Source: Podarcis erhardii
Lineage: Eukaryota
Assembly: GCA_964252035.1 (NCBI GenBank)
Contig: OZ176200.1
DNA: 64,000 bases
Reading direction: 5' to 3' (one strand)
The position numbers and the translations under genes were made by a program. Of this stretch, positions 1 through 14,069 are shown in pieces; position 1 is the stretch's first letter, and every line of letters starts with the position of its first letter. The notes beneath the pieces are model-generated. The model was not told where the DNA came from and searched no databases. It saw only the letters and a list, made by a program, of their open reading frames with translations.

Positions 1-3000
1 ATTCAAGTGCATTTCAAAATTCTGAACATGCTGTACTTTCTGCTGTCAAGATAGTATTTTGTGAAATTATGGTGAAATGTGGGCAATCCAGTATTTTGCC
101 CCAGCCCCATAATAGGCTCCATGCACTTGTGAGAGCCTATTGGTGATTTACATGTTGATGATTGTAGAGCTTAATCAGATTCTTCTGAGCAAACTTTGTG
201 AAGTCACTGTGAAAGAGATAGATAAGACCAAACATAAAACTGCCCACAGTGTTTGCTTACAGTTCATTGCCATCTAAATGACAGCTTAACTTTGCCAACA
301 TTTGTAAACCACATCTTGATTTTATCGCTCATGTGTCAGTGAGATGAAACACAAGAATAAAGTCAGATTTGTAATTTAAGTGACATTTACCGAACAAGTA
401 TTCTGTTCCAAGGATGAGAGAAATTCCTTTTCCAGCTTTCTTATACAGTATTATCATAGTTTAAGGCTCACATTTAAATAATTAATTTTGGCGTTGTTTT
501 CTTCTTAAGATATGTGTTGAGGCTGTATTTTAAGGCTAGCTTGAAAGTTTGTGCTGAAACATGACATATAACGTTGAAAAAAATAATCAAAGAGCAGGAT
601 TCTGACTAAATGAAGGAACTGGGTTTGCTTATTATGTATGTGGTCGATTCAAATCAAGTCTTTAGAGAACAGGATAGGAAACACATAAAACACATTATTA
701 GGATGTGTTTACTATTGTCATGGTGATGTCTGGTCATTTTATACCCAAAGAAGTGTAGCCCAGTCTTGTACATGTTTACTGAATTCTCCAGGTAGTTGTA
801 GCCCTAACTAGATCTACTCAGAAGTAAATCCCATTGAATTCAGTGGGACCTGATCTCACGTTAACGGGATTAGGATTGCAGTTTTAGTTTTTATAGGACT
901 ACTGCCTTGACATAGTTTTTTTCTTCTTTATCCCTTATCCAATATAATCTGTTCATATGTTGTGATGAATACTTTTTTGCACTCATGGGAACTGTATCAT
1001 TCAAGTGAGTGAAATAATGTGTGAATGAATAACAGCATCTGGGATCTCTAGTACTTTTCAGTTTCTGTGGTTGTCAACAAATGTATGTTGAAGACTATGG
1101 TAGTTACAACAGTTAAGATTCCATTTACAGGAATGTAGCCCCAAAGTAGCTTTAATGGGTTTAAGAATAGGCTTAGTGATAACATCTACAGTCTCTGATA
1201 AATGGATTTGGCCAGAGATCACTACCTGACCTCCAGGTTTAGTAGTCATATGAATTACTACAACTGAAATGGTATAAGAGTATAAGGCAGCAATCCTGTA
1301 ACCATCTCCCTGAGAGTAAGCACTATTGGACTCAATGCAACTTGCTTCTGAGCAGACATATATATATAGAATTGTGCTGTAAAACAAAGTCTGAAAATAA
1401 TTTAGAAAATGCTATTATGCTGCACGTTTTCATAAAAGAAGATATAACAGTTTCAATGCCCTTGAAATTGCATGCCTTTTTGAAAGGGGACCCCCCCCTC
1501 CAAAAAAACACCCACCCACCCACCCAGCAGTTTTCTGTGTTAATTGGCACATCGCCAGTCAAATGGACTGTATAATTTCTAAACAGAAAATGAAGCAGAA
1601 AGGACTCTGTACATATATTAACATCATTTGGTTGAGTTGTGACCCTTAAATTCTTCCTTGGAGCCTATCCCATGTTATTGTCTTGGGTAAACTTTCCAGT
1701 TGCCAACATCTGTCTTCCACACATGCAAATGCTACCAATACTGCTATAAGAAATCCAGTGGATTTCTTTTCTTCCATTAGGTTCCATTAACTTTCTCAGG
1801 TAGCTGCCCAAACCAGAATAAAATGATTTTGCATCACTGTGTCAAAGTTTCTCCAAGAGTGAAGCACCCTAGATTGTGATGGCAGTGATGAAGATGATGA
1901 TAATGGTACAATAATATTCATTATTTGTATAGCACCTACACCTAAGTACAACTGAATGACACTGCTTTCAGATCTTACAGGCTTTCAATCTAAAAAACAT
2001 GGTCAAAGAGAAGGGTGCGAAAAACATAAAAGAATAAGGTGCATCTATTATGCTGTAAGAATAAAGTTTATTTTTTAAAATACAGCTAAAATTGAACTTG
2101 ATAGGTACAAAACATTATCTAAACATTCTGCGATCACAGATGAACTGTGAAAAATTGGGCAAATCTGGGTTTTTGGAATGTCAACATTTGTCAAACATAT
2201 CTTCAATCACATGTGCTCAGTCTCTGTGCAGCATAATGAAGTCAAAGGTTCCCAAGGTGGTAGAATGGATCAGTCAAAATATTAGAATATTGTTTTGAAC
2301 ACCTTCCCCATATAGAGAAAAGAAAAAGAAAAAAAGAACAGCTCACTACAAATAGAAAATTGGCAGAAAGGATAGAGAGCTTTCTGGAACCTTTTCCTTT
2401 TCTTGTCCAGTTTTTCTTTTGCTGGAGGGCTTTTTAATGGATATGTATGTGGATTTAAAAATGGACACCCCCCCCCAATCTAAATTCTACAATCCATTCT
2501 ATTGTGTCAGAACTTTATTATCTCATGTATTGGCCATGCCTTTATGGTGTGTGCATGTATGTATGAATGAGAGAGGTGGGGATAGAAGGTATTGTAATTG
2601 CTCTGGTGATTGACAAAAAATGGAATTTGATACAAACGTAACCCAGGGTTCCCTGACTCTCATAGAAATCTACTGTATATAATGATACAGGAGCCCACTG
2701 ACTGCAAGCTAACTAAGGCTGAAAGCTAAACTCACCTGGAAGTAAACACCATTGATTTCAATAGGGTTTGTTTCTGATCAGACATGGTTAGGCTTGTGCT
2801 GTAAGTCAAACAAGTTATGAAGTTGAGTTCTTTACACATGTGAGCAGGCTCTGTTTTGTGATTTGGAAGGGAGGATTTGTAGTTGGAGCCAGGAATGTAA
2901 GAGACAAAGAGAAGCCCTGTATTTGGCAGAATAGATGAGTGTGAGAATTCCCATTTTCTACATTTGAATAACCCACAGACTGGGGGAAATACAATTTTCC

Positions 3001-3343
3001 GTGGAAGCTGGGAATATCTCCATACTACCTGAATTGCATCAAGTATCCCTTCTCTTTTATGCGTTTGTAGCTGCCACTGAAAATCACCCTTCCCCAGTCT
3101 GAGAAAGTCCTCCTCATAATGATATGCTTTTCTGCTTCTTAGACCAAAAGCCTCATTGTGGTTCTTGTAATGTGTCATTTATTTTATAAATTATGCAATT
3201 TGTGTATTGTTAAAGAAATAATGTTAAACTGAAGTAAAACGGAGGCTAAGTTTCATATTTCAATGAACAAAAATACCCTCCCCATTGGTAGAAAGCTATT
3301 TGGCAATGCCTACCTGTGCCACTCTTCATCCCAATCTCCTATA

Positions 3344-3680
3344 CAGTGGTGCCCCGCAAGACGAATGCCTCGCAAGACGGAAAACCCGCTAGACGAAAGG
3401 GTTTTCCGTTTTGGAGGCACTTCGCAAAACGAATTTCCCTATGGGCTTGCTTCGCAAGATGAAAATGTCTTGCGAGTTCCTGCGGGTTTTTTTCCCTCCC
3501 CCCCTTTTCCTAAGCCGCTTATCAGCTGATCCGCTAAGCCAATAAGGCGCTAAAAGCCGCTAAAAGCCGCTAATAGCGCTAATCCGCTAAGCCATCAATG
3601 GGCTTGCTTCGCAAGACGAAAAAACCGCTAGACGAAGAGACTCGCGGAACGGATTAATTTCGTCTTGCGAGGCACCACTG
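3344..3680. mobile_element. Tc1/mariner (pogo/Tigger-type) MITE
   Basis: TIRs CAGTGGTGCC(C/T)CGCAAGACGAA; TA on both sides; internal gcaagacgaa repeats. Confidence 0.88.
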
Positions 3681-5057
3681 TATATATTTGTAGAAAAATG
3701 TGCAGTTCTTTTCCAAAAGCTTCTAAGAGAACTTTTTATGCACAGTTTTGCAAACCATAAGGAAATTAATAAGAAGCCTGAGATAACTTTTATACTTCTC
3801 AACAATTTAAGTAAGTTCCTGTCACAGCTGCTATAGACACTTATTTCCTGTGTGTGTACATGAGCTTCAGATCACTCTGAACGTATAATGCAGGCTTTGT
3901 TGGAACAGCCCAACTTCATATCTTGATGGCATAAATTGACTTGCACTGTAATTCTTACAGTAATTAAAAGAACAATAAATTTTCAGAGGAACTAAATCTT
4001 CGGTAATACAGGTTTGAAAATGCCAGCCCGACAGTAATTTATTCTTTGATTATACTGGACATAGCACAAATATCACTCGGTTACATAACAGAATTAATTA
4101 AACTAGTTTGATAGGATCTCTACTTTTGGGTGGGTGGGCATGTAGGGGGAACAAAATACATGGGTGGCTATCTTGTTCCTCCTTCCTCCTCTTCTCTTCT
4201 TAGTGTCTGGAACCTGTAGTTTTGACCAGCTGTGGTTAGAACAAACCACAGTTCCTTGAGATTGTACATACCAGAATTTGGGATCAGAGGTTTCTTTTAA
4301 AGTGAAAGCTTTCTCTCTCTCTGTTCTCACTTGCGGAGGAGGAGATGAGAGGGAGAGAATGCAAGGAAAGTAGTAGTAGTAGAGGTACTCATTCACTATC
4401 ATCTTGATATCTGAATCAGGCCTAAGACTCATTGAACCAGGTAGCAGGTACCTGTTAGGATAGCATTCAGATGACCAGTTTATTTTGCATTCATCCTGAT
4501 TGTGTCCACAAAGTTTGCTGGCAGGTAGTATATGATATTGGTTATGATCTGTTTACAGGGAGATAATATGATTTTGCATCAAGCAATTATTGTTGCACAC
4601 TTTCCGGTGCATTTACTCATCACTTTCCTAACATCAAAAAGTCTGTTTCGTTTTGTTTAGAAAAAGAGGGTTTGTTGCACAAGAGCACCAAATTCACTTT
4701 AATTGCACCACCTGAAGGCTCATATGCAATTGAATTTCACCCACAAAATAATTACTGTTTGTAAATGGCCCACACTGTACACATTGCTATGCCAACTCAG
4801 TGTCACAAAATATTGTTTAGCCTTCCATATGCAACACCCTCCCTTAATTGTTTGGAGTTTAATGCATTTCTTTCATATGATTTACCTGTATGCTCAGCAG
4901 CACAGCCTGTTTTAAAATAAACCCTCCTTTATTGAAGTATCTGCTTAAATCATAATGCCTTGCATGACAAAACCCCCAAAAGATTCATTGGATTTGAAAT
5001 CTAATGCCAGTGATTTTAAATATAGGAGGCTCATATACAGAAAGTGTTTATTACAAT

Positions 5058-5361
5058 CCGGGGTCCCCAACCTTTTTGGAGCATGGAGGCACATTTCGAA
5101 ATCCACAAAACCATTGTGGCCCCACCCAAAAATACATATTTCACTGACAATAACCAGTGATACCCAGAACCCCCAGGCAAAACATGCACACCTACCCCAA
5201 AATAAATAGACAAAAAATTAGACAACCCCCAATGAAACAACCATAAAAGGCCAAAACTAATTTTTTTAAAAATGAGAAGGGTCAAGAGGGCTTTGGTGAG
5301 TAGCAGGGATATCTGTTTCTGGGGTGTTGTGGTACTCTCAGGGACATGTTGGGGACCCCAG
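5058..5361. mobile_element. hAT MITE
   Basis: ccggggtccccaac...gttggggaccccag ends; degenerate TSD attacaat/attacatg. Confidence 0.75.
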
Positions 5362-5451
5362 ATTACATGCAATTCATTTTCACTTTCCTCCTCACCAACT
5401 CAGAATTGAAATGCCCAAACCATATGCTGACTTAATCCTAATATGTTTTAG

Positions 5452-5630
5452 TTCCCATAAGTGATGAAGAGGAGGGAGATATGCTCTTTGATAGCATTGC
5501 CAAGTCTGCCATTGATCCCTTCGATACATCTTCTGGATCTGTACAGTTGATTGCCATAAAGCCTGTAGCTTTGCCTCCCGCACACACATCTTCAGACAGG
5601 AATCAGGAAACCGCTGTCCTTAATGGAGAG
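5452..5630 (+). CDS. KIAA1549L: KIAA1549L internal coding exon (first one recognisable in window; (V)PISDEEEGDMLFDS...AVLNGE)
   Basis: Acceptor ttttag|ttccc and donor gag|gtaaga; 179 nt. Translation PFDTSSGSVQLIAIKP matches recalled KIAA1549L. Phase joins the next exon. Upstream exons not found in 1-5451. Confidence 0.88.
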
Positions 5631-5859
5631 GTAAGATTATATCCAATAAAGTTGTGTAATCATTTATGCATTGGCGGGTCTTTAAAGCAGGTGCTCAGAG
5701 GAGCACTTGGCTACCAGATCCGATTGACACTGGTTGGAAAGCTAACCCCTGGTGGGGAATGTTTTGTGACTTGTGGTGTTGACAGGTTGTATGTGGAGCT
5801 GTATAGATTACAGCAGCAAATCATTAGTCCAAAAGAGGCCATAGCTGGCAAATGAGTCA

Positions 5860-6175
5860 GAGTTGGCCACTTGAGTCTCCAGTATACAGGAGTTTCCCAG
5901 TTGTCTTCAAGGGCAGCCCCATGTAAAGCACATTGCAGTAATCCAACTTGGAAGTTGGCAGAGCATAGAGTACCGTGACCATGTCATCTCTGCCCCAAAA
6001 GGACTGCAGCTGGCAAACCAGCCGTAGTTGAGAAAGGCATTTCTAGCCCATAAAGGCCACCTGAGTCTCCAGTGAGTGACAGTGTGGGACCCAGGAGCAC
6101 TCCTAAGTTACAGACTTGGTTCCGTCCAGGGGAGTGTACCCAGTCCAGGACTCCCCGGTCTCCCCATATTTCTTT
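5860..6175 (-). mobile_element. Degenerate L2 RT fragment
   Basis: Reverse complement contains the LDYCN/GLPLK-like block and the LGVLL region; boundaries approximate. Confidence 0.65.
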
Positions 6176-7194
6176 CCACATTCATATTTAAACTGATGTA
6201 TATTTGATATTTGTCAATTGACACTGAAGACCTGCAAGAGGGGAAAATTCCCACTATTTGCACATAATGAAATGGAAAGGGGGCAGCCTTTCCTCATTTT
6301 ATTCAGCGTTCCATACAGCAGGACCTGTTTGTGCAATAAATGCATACTTTACATAAAAGACCTATTTGTTTAAAAACTTACTTCTGATGCAAAGTTGTGG
6401 TTGGAGGGATATAGCCTAAGGTATAGGGCAGGGGTAGCCAACATAGTACCCGCCATCAACCACAGCTAGCATGGTCAACAATCAGGGATGATGGGAGCTG
6501 TAGTTCAGCATCATCTGCAGAGCACTATTTTGTCTATTCTCAGTATAGAGAAAAGGCTAGTTACATCTTCACATTACTGCACATTGTGATAAGAGCCAAT
6601 CCAGATCATGAACTCACATTTTCATTGGCTAAAGTGAATGGTGTTATAAATAAAACAGATTGAAATTCCCCACAGTCAGCTGCCTACTCCCTGCTGTAAA
6701 TCACTGCTCACACATGTGGTCTGCTCATGTTAGTAATGGTAATGAACACAGATGAGTTTGAGGTTCTTCTTCCATAACCTGGAAAAAAACTTGCAATGTA
6801 CGATTTTCCATTATAGGCACTTAGAGCAGTGATCTTGCATGCATTCATTGCTATGACATTTCACTGCCAATGTGAGTAGACTGTTAACATGATTTGCAGA
6901 AGTGAGCTGGGAGTTGAATGTAGTCAGATTTCCTTGTTATTTTGAGATTTGCCTGATGCTGAGGTCTGGCATAGGTAGTTGAGGATAGTGTCCCATTTTT
7001 ATCACCATTGTAAACTATGGATTAGACACTACTGCCTAACTAGGGATAGTTGCCAATTCTACCAAAAAACTTAAATGCCTACTCATACATAATCTATAGG
7101 CTATAAAATAATTGGCCAAAAGTCAACAAGCCTTAATCAGAGGGTTAATCTGAACAAATAGATTTGATTATAATAAGTATTTTTTGTTTGTCAG

Positions 7195-7412
7195 GTTAAC
7201 AAAGCCTTGAAGCAGAAATCTGATATAGAGCACTATCGCAACAAATTACGCCTGAAAGCCAAGCGAAAAGGCTATTATGACTTTCCCCAAGTTGATAATA
7301 ACAAGGGCTTAGCAGACAGAAAAAAGATGTATGAAAAAGCACAAAATGAAATAGATCATATTTTGGATGCTGATACGGATGGATCTTCTCCTTTTGTAGA
7401 ACCCAAAAACAG
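7195..7412 (+). CDS. KIAA1549L: KIAA1549L coding exon (VNKALKQKSDIEHYRNKLRLKAKRKGYYDFP...EPKNR)
   Basis: tttgtcag|gttaac acceptor, cag|gtgagt donor; 218 nt, ends phase 2. EHYRNKLRLKAKRKGYYDFP is the KIAA1549L version of the conserved block. Confidence 0.93.
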
Positions 7413-10400
7413 GTGAGTATTTGGTATATATTTTTGTCATTTCCCTCATCATTTCCACCTCTACCATAAAAAGGCAAGTCGTGAGGAGTAGTGTCAATTG
7501 GCAGAATGGCAGCATGAAGTGACAAGGTTTTTTTGCGCATGAAGAATGTTCCCATATCTGCCATCTTTCCCCTGTTTAGTGATTTGCCATTTCCTTGAGA
7601 TGATTGGTACTTTATTTATGAATGTATTAAGCTGTAATATGATGATAAAAGAGTTGAGAAGCAATATGGCTGTTGGGATAACATTCTCTTTTTTCCTGCC
7701 TATTGATCAGACCTCAGAATTACTATTATCTCTTGACACCAGGAGAGGGATGGTGGTCTGCCTGGAGTGTCCTGTGCTGTGTTGGAAAAATAGACGACAG
7801 TGCAGCAACTTTCAAATGCTAATGTTACAAACTAATGACTTCTCCTTTTTTGCCTATGTTAGCAGTCAAATACTTTTTAGGGACATAATTGTTGTTATAT
7901 GAACGGAGTCATACATTTCTCTGAAAAAGAATGGTCGAGTATATGCTGAACCCTATTTTTATAGAGCAGGGTTTCCAAAATTTGAGTCTCCAGCTGTTTT
8001 GGGACTACAACTCCCATCATCCCTAGCTAGCAGGAACAGGAAACCCTGCTGTGAAGAGCTTTAGATAGGTGATTCTGTGGATTGCATTGCCCCCCCCCCC
8101 ATTTTTTGATGTAATTAATAAATTATTAATTGCTTTTGTATTAAAACACAAGAGGTAATATGTGGCCTCTGTTGGAATTTTCTGTATTTTCTTAATGTTC
8201 CCCATCTGAATTTGTTGCTTTCTTAGTTCAGTATACAGTACTTATTCTTATAAGGACAGATAGTTGTGCTGGTGTCTCTTAGTATTGTAATAAACAAGAA
8301 CCATTAACTTTTATGCTGGCCATTAATTTTTTTATTGCGGCTGTCCTTCATGGGCTTTTGACTGTAAGATAAGCAGAAAGACTCCAGCACATAGAAAGTC
8401 GGAAGTTGTGTGGATGTCATACAGAATGCTCAGTTCTACTATGCAAGGCTTAGAAAGCAAGCAGAAGTGTGTAGAAAGAGCTTTTCTGCTCAAGAGCAAT
8501 AAGAACTGAACTGTTGCTGTATTGTCACCTGTTTTCTCAGACCAAGAGGGATTAGGAACTGTTAAGTGATTTTTCTACCTGGAATTGTTTGCAGTTCTTC
8601 CTCCAGCCCATATAGGTATCCCTCAAACAGTACCTGAGATACAGGGCTCTCTGCTTAGATCTGCCTGCAACGCCTGTGCAGAGAAGTCAAGGGAAATGTA
8701 GCGTATGGTTTCTGGAATATCTTTGGTATATAAAGAATGGTGAGCTCCAACAGCTTTTATGTAAATTGGAGCCTGGCTAAAATTAAATAAAAAAGAAAGT
8801 AAGCGCCAGAGAAACATAATTCTAAGGCCATTCAGGTCAGCAAAGAAGAAAGATTCTTGATTGGTTGGTCTGGTGCCATTGCTGGGACATTAGGGCTTTG
8901 TACAGGTCTCCAGTGGTGGAGGCAAGTGGAATTGTTACATATGCATAGTAGAAGATAAGATAAAGTTTGAATTATACAGTAGCTTCTTCTATTAGCATAG
9001 GCTATCTTAGGAATATAAATGAAGCAGGCAGAAATGTTATATTAATATACACAGTGGAAGTGATATAGCCCTGGAATCATGACTGGAAGGTTAGAAAGTA
9101 TCAAAGGAACAAAAATCCTTAACGCATATTTAGCATGAAGTTTTACTATTGAGCCAGTAAATTTTATTATGTACTCTGGGATTTGCTTGCTGTTGCACAA
9201 TGTAGAAAGAGGCCATGGTGTGTGTGTTCCATGATTTTTAATGTTTTATTTGTTGTTTTAGAGAAATAGTGAAAAAGTTTTTTGTGTGTGTTTGTGGGTA
9301 GGGAATATTCACAAATTCAGACGTTATTCAGGATTGGATGTCATTTTGGGTTAGTAATACCCACCTTTTGCAGAAGGGTATTAAATTACAGGCATTTTAT
9401 CATGTTTAGTTAGTAGAGAAGTTCAGATTTTAATCAATTAGATCTTAAAATTCTGCATATTTGCTCTTTGTAAAACAGTATACAACATCTATAGGTTAAA
9501 TCATAAAGACATTAGGAATATTTTCCTCCGTATTCCTCCTCTGCAGCTACTGTTACTATTCCCTCTTGGCTTGGTACTTCAAAATGTGAAGAAATAAAAC
9601 TGTCACCAAATAAATTATTCACACACTGGCCTTCGCGCATTCATATTTTTGTATAACATCACTCTAAAAACATTTACAAATTATCAGTGGTACTAAATAA
9701 ACTGAGTTGTACATGGACCAGGTCCCCAGCCCTATAGATTCCTCAGAGTATTGTTCGTCACGTAGTCAGTGTTTAAAAATGCTGCAGTTGTATTCCCTGT
9801 CGACAATGACTAACCTATGCTTGTGCCAGTTGTTCATGTTGATACCTCCCTTCTCATTAGTGAATCTTCCTTAAATCAGCTAATTGGCAATCTCAGGGCA
9901 ATTTCACAAAGACTGCTCATTATATGTACTGTTCTTGATTCCCCCCCATCCCCTTCCTTAATAGTTTCACAATTAGGTCAAGGGTGTGAATCTGCCTAAA
10001 ATAATCTGAAAACAGTGTAATCTTTTAATCACAGAAGTGTAGGGCCAGTGTCAGTCCCACCCTGCTGTACCTCGCATAGGGAGGGACATGTTAAGCTGCC
10101 CTGTCCCTGGCTCCAGTAGTTCTTTGGAAAAAGGAGGTGACAGCCTACACAACAGTGCATTCTGACAGCAATTTGCCTTGGGTTTGCAGACAGTTCTGCC
10201 CCCTGGAATTAACTCGCCCCTCTGTCCTCTAACGGTAGCTACAGGGGAACTCTAGAGACCTTATTCCCTTAGGAAAAATTCATACCACCTCCCTGAATTG
10301 CCGCCTTGCCTCCTTCCTTCCATATTTCTAGCCCCTTTCCCTAGAAGATAGAAGATAGAAGTGCAAAACAAATTCTACCCAATTAAGGGATTTGTGGAAG

Positions 10401-10712
10401 CTGGAAGCTCCCTGAAACCCCTTTGCAGAGTGTTGCTATTTCAGGTGGGGTTGATTCACAGACTGGGAAATTCCAGTTGCACAATTAAAGTAGATTTGAG
10501 GTCTTGCTCAACAAACCCAGTTCCTCAGAGGATTGGGCTTTTTTGTTTTTTTAGGAAAGGGAAAGTGATGGGGGAAACGTACTGGAGGAAAATGTAGGAC
10601 AATGCTTGCTTGACACAATTTTGTCTAGCCTCGCTGAAAACATATTGGGGCAGGTCTTCTGGAAGCAACCCTAGAGGTTCCTCCTGTCCCAAGTTTATTA
10701 GCCATTTACTGA

Positions 10713-10930
10713 CCAAGCTGATTCTTGGACAAGGATAGCCTGGCTAAGATGATTAATGCACTAGTAACCTCAAGTCTTGACTATTGTAACACCCTCTATT
10801 TGGGGCTGCCCTTGTGCCTGGTCCAAAAACTCCAGCTGCTACAAAATGCTATGGCTAGATTGTCGATAAGGACAGACTGCCATCAGCACATATCTCAATT
10901 GCTTAAAAGTTTGCGCTCACTGCTTACCGT
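10713..10930 (+). mobile_element. L2 RT fragment
   Basis: ALVTSSLDYCNTLYLGLPL...LQLLQNAMARL. Confidence 0.8.
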
Positions 10931-11580
10931 ATTTTTCGCTCTATAAGACGCACTTCCCCCCTCCACAGTGTATCTTCAGTGTATTATAAAGTTATCCTGT
11001 TGCTTGCCCCCTGAATCTAATTAAATGAATCAGTTTAGGTATAGAGACAAACTTCCTCATTTTCTTCCACTCCCTTGGGTTTGCCTCTGTTTTAGTAGTA
11101 TACCGTTTTAGTAGTGGCTGGTGCCCATTGGAACTGGGAGGGTGAAAGGCAAGGAGACCGGCAATAGGTGACGGCAGAGACAGTGGCAGACAAAGTGAAC
11201 TAATCTGAGGAAAAAGTTGTTGTATTAAACTTGTGATTAGTTGTACTTTTTTACAACCTAGTATTCTGCCTTTCTGTATGCAGATTAATGTTTCAAGGTT
11301 GAGGATTTTGTGGTACTAAATTGTTAAATAAATGACTTTATACATTTGCAATGAATGGATGAAAATTCTAGCATTTCCACATTTTCCTCCCTCACCTCAG
11401 ACCAGTCCCACTAAGATCTCTCTACAGGTCTCATGATACTAAACAAATGTGACAATATGCTAGTTAGGTTATTCTCTTTCTGTTGAAAGCAAAATAATAA
11501 TAATAGTGTTTTGTTCATGCACTAGAGCAGGGAAAAGTAAAGCCCCCCCCCCAAAGGCATTAGGAAATATGATTCTACAG

Positions 11581-11716
11581 CAGGCACCCCCAAACTATGC
11601 CCTCCAGATGTTTTGGGACTACAGTTCCCATCATCTCTGACCACTGGTTCTGTTAGCTAGGGGTGATGGGAGTTGTAGCCCCAAAACATCTGGAGGGCCA
11701 AGTCTGGGGATGCCTG
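11581..11716. mobile_element. Palindromic hAT MITE
   Basis: CAGGCA...TGCCTG ends, internal inverted halves; TSD ttctacag/ttctagag. Confidence 0.82.
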
Positions 11717-12108
11717 TTCTAGAGCCTTCAAGACCCACCAGCATTATAATTTGCACTCATGGTCTATGTAGATGCCCCACTCTGGCCTTCAGACCTGCTG
11801 TTCAGCTACGAAGTAGGTCAGAAACTCTGCCTCCCACTTTTATCTTAGCTTCTGTCTTGCTTATTTTCTGCCCCCAGTGAGTCATCTGATAGATGTTCAT
11901 TGTTAGTCTGGTTTATTGTCAAATTTGTGTCACAGAGAAAAATGGGCACCTTTCCTGCATCCATCATCCGTTTCCACAGCATAGAGCTCTGTCATAGCTA
12001 TGGGACAATTGCTTGATTTCCTTAGAAATAACTGGAGAGCTTCAGATTAAATGATGCTACTTATTGATGTTCTTTATGGACTATGTGTCCTGACGGTATA
12101 GTGATAAC

Positions 12109-12255
12109 CAGTGCCTTTTTTTCTAAAAAAAATGTTTAGGGGTACTCTCATTTTCCTACTCATATTGAAATCTGCAACTCAGTGAGGCAAAACTTAGATT
12201 CACGAAATGTTTAGGGCTATGCCTACCCCTTCGTCCGCACAGAAAAAAAGCACTG
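12109..12255. mobile_element. hAT MITE
   Basis: CAGTGC...GCACTG ends; 8-bp TSD gtgataac/gagataac (7 of 8). Confidence 0.85.
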
Positions 12256-12463
12256 GAGATAACAAGATATGGGAAATTTAGGACTGGTTCTTTTGTGCTA
12301 GATCTGGGGCTGATGGGAGTTGTAGTCCAAAACAGTTGGGGGACACTAGGTTGGTTAAGGCTAGTATGAACTCTGTTACGAACTGTGTTATTAGAAGTGT
12401 ATTGTTTCTTGAATGCTATTTCTTAAAACAAACGTAGCAGTTTTTAAGAAGGTTGACTCTGTA

Positions 12464-12705
12464 CAGTGGTACCTCGGGTTACATACACTTCAGGTTACAG
12501 ATGCTTCAGGTTACAGACTCCGCTAACCCAGAAATATTACCTCAGGTTAAGAACTTTGCTTCAGGATGAGAACAGAAATTGTGCAGCGGTGGCGCAGCAG
12601 CAGCAGGAGGCCCCATGAGCTAAAGTGGTGCTTCAGGTTAAGAACAGTTTCAGGTTAGGAATAGACCGCCAGAACGAATTAAGTACTTAACCCGAGGTAC
12701 CACTG
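12464..12705. mobile_element. Tc1/mariner (Tigger-type) MITE
   Basis: Perfect 18-bp TIR CAGTGGTACCTCGGGTTA / TAACCCGAGGTACCACTG with TA TSD. Confidence 0.9.
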
Positions 12706-13486
12706 TAGAGGATTTTGAAATGCTTACAGTGTGCTAGCAAGGAATCAGTTTGAGTGTGACATGAACTATCCACGAGTCTCTGGCAGGCAGATTGCTTGAG
12801 GAAAAGCCACCACCCAGTTACCCTTTTTGTCCCTTTGTTTGCTAATTTTGCACATCAGGTTTTTTTCATTCACATGCCGTGATCATGTGTCTTTGGGTGA
12901 TCAGACTTCAGTCCAACAATGCAGTTGCTAAGGGTTTGGAATACTGTGCTGAAAAAGGTTGGCACCTAGCTGAATGGTTCGCTAACGTATGTGAGACAGT
13001 ATGAATATGCATTGGATGATTTTCAAGCACATCGGGCAAGTCCATCATTATTGCAGGTTATTATTGATATGGAAATGAATAAAGAAATAACTGGTGTGTA
13101 GTTACATCAGTTTGAAATTGCAGAGTTATACACAAATCTTCACAAAGAAGAAGCATTTCAGTATTTGTTTGGAGTACATTGTCTAATAAATTCTAGTTGT
13201 TTGTTTCCAAGTGCTTCAATCTTTGGTCTTCATTGAAGCAATCAATATATAATTTGACTTGATGACTGCCAATGTGTAACTGAATATGCATGGGTGTGTA
13301 TCTGTGTAACCACTTAGCTTGGAGATGAGTGGGAAATGATGATTTAGAATATTTTTTTCAGAACTCGGAGCATAAAGACTGAACCGACATCCTACTATGG
13401 AAGATGTACCTCTTTACTCTGGCTTTTTACACCTGATGTGTATATTTGTAGGACATGCCTTATTTCTGTAATTTTAAGTTGTTTTA

Positions 13487-13534
<48 letters not shown>

Positions 13535-13905
13535 TTATTATTTATACCCCGCCCATCTGGCTGGGCCTCTCCAGCCACTCTGGGCGGCTTCCATCGAAAG
13601 CAAAAATACAGTAAAATATCACACGTTAAAAACTTCCCTGAACAGGGCTGCCTTAAGATGTCTTCTGAATGTCAGGTAGTTGTTTATCGCTTTGACATCT
13701 GCTGGAAGGGCGTTCCACAGGCCGGGCGCCACTACCGAGAAGGCCCTCTGCCTGGTTCCCTGTAGCTTTGCTTCTCGCAATGAGGGAACCGCCAGAAGGC
13801 CCTCGGTGCTGGACCTCAGCGTCCGGGCAGAATGATGGGGGTGGAGACGCTCCTTCAGGTATACTGGACCGAGGCCGTTTAGGGCTTTAAAGGTCAGCAC
13901 CAGCA
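13535..13905 (-). mobile_element. L2 LINE 3' fragment
   Basis: ORF 13619-13906 LTFKALNGLGPVYLKERL...RAFSVVAPGLWNALP...FRRHLKAALF is an L2 RT C-terminus; (AAT)16 tail at 13487-13534. Confidence 0.85.
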
Positions 13906-13987
13906 AGTGTTCTTAGTCTCATGTTTCAATTATTGCAACCCGCCTTGGGACTTTGGGGTGAAGGGCAGGTAATAAATTGTTGTAGGC

Positions 13988-14034
<47 letters not shown>
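13906..14034 (+). mobile_element. Short L2-like 3' end with (CAA)16 tail
   Basis: cccgccttgggactttggggtgaagggcaggt terminal motif followed by (CAA)16 at 13987-14034. Confidence 0.6.
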
Positions 14035-14035
<1 letters not shown>

Positions 14036-14069
14036 ACTGGCCTCATTTAAATACTTTATTCTTCTGCAG

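Noticed and set aside
1-5057. Further upstream KIAA1549L exons
   Set aside because: No segment with convincing protein similarity plus splice sites; the preceding exon is probably left of the window.
10928-10960. Mariner-type end ccgtatttttcgctctataagacgcac
   Set aside because: No matching opposite TIR found; truncated remnant, not listed as an element.
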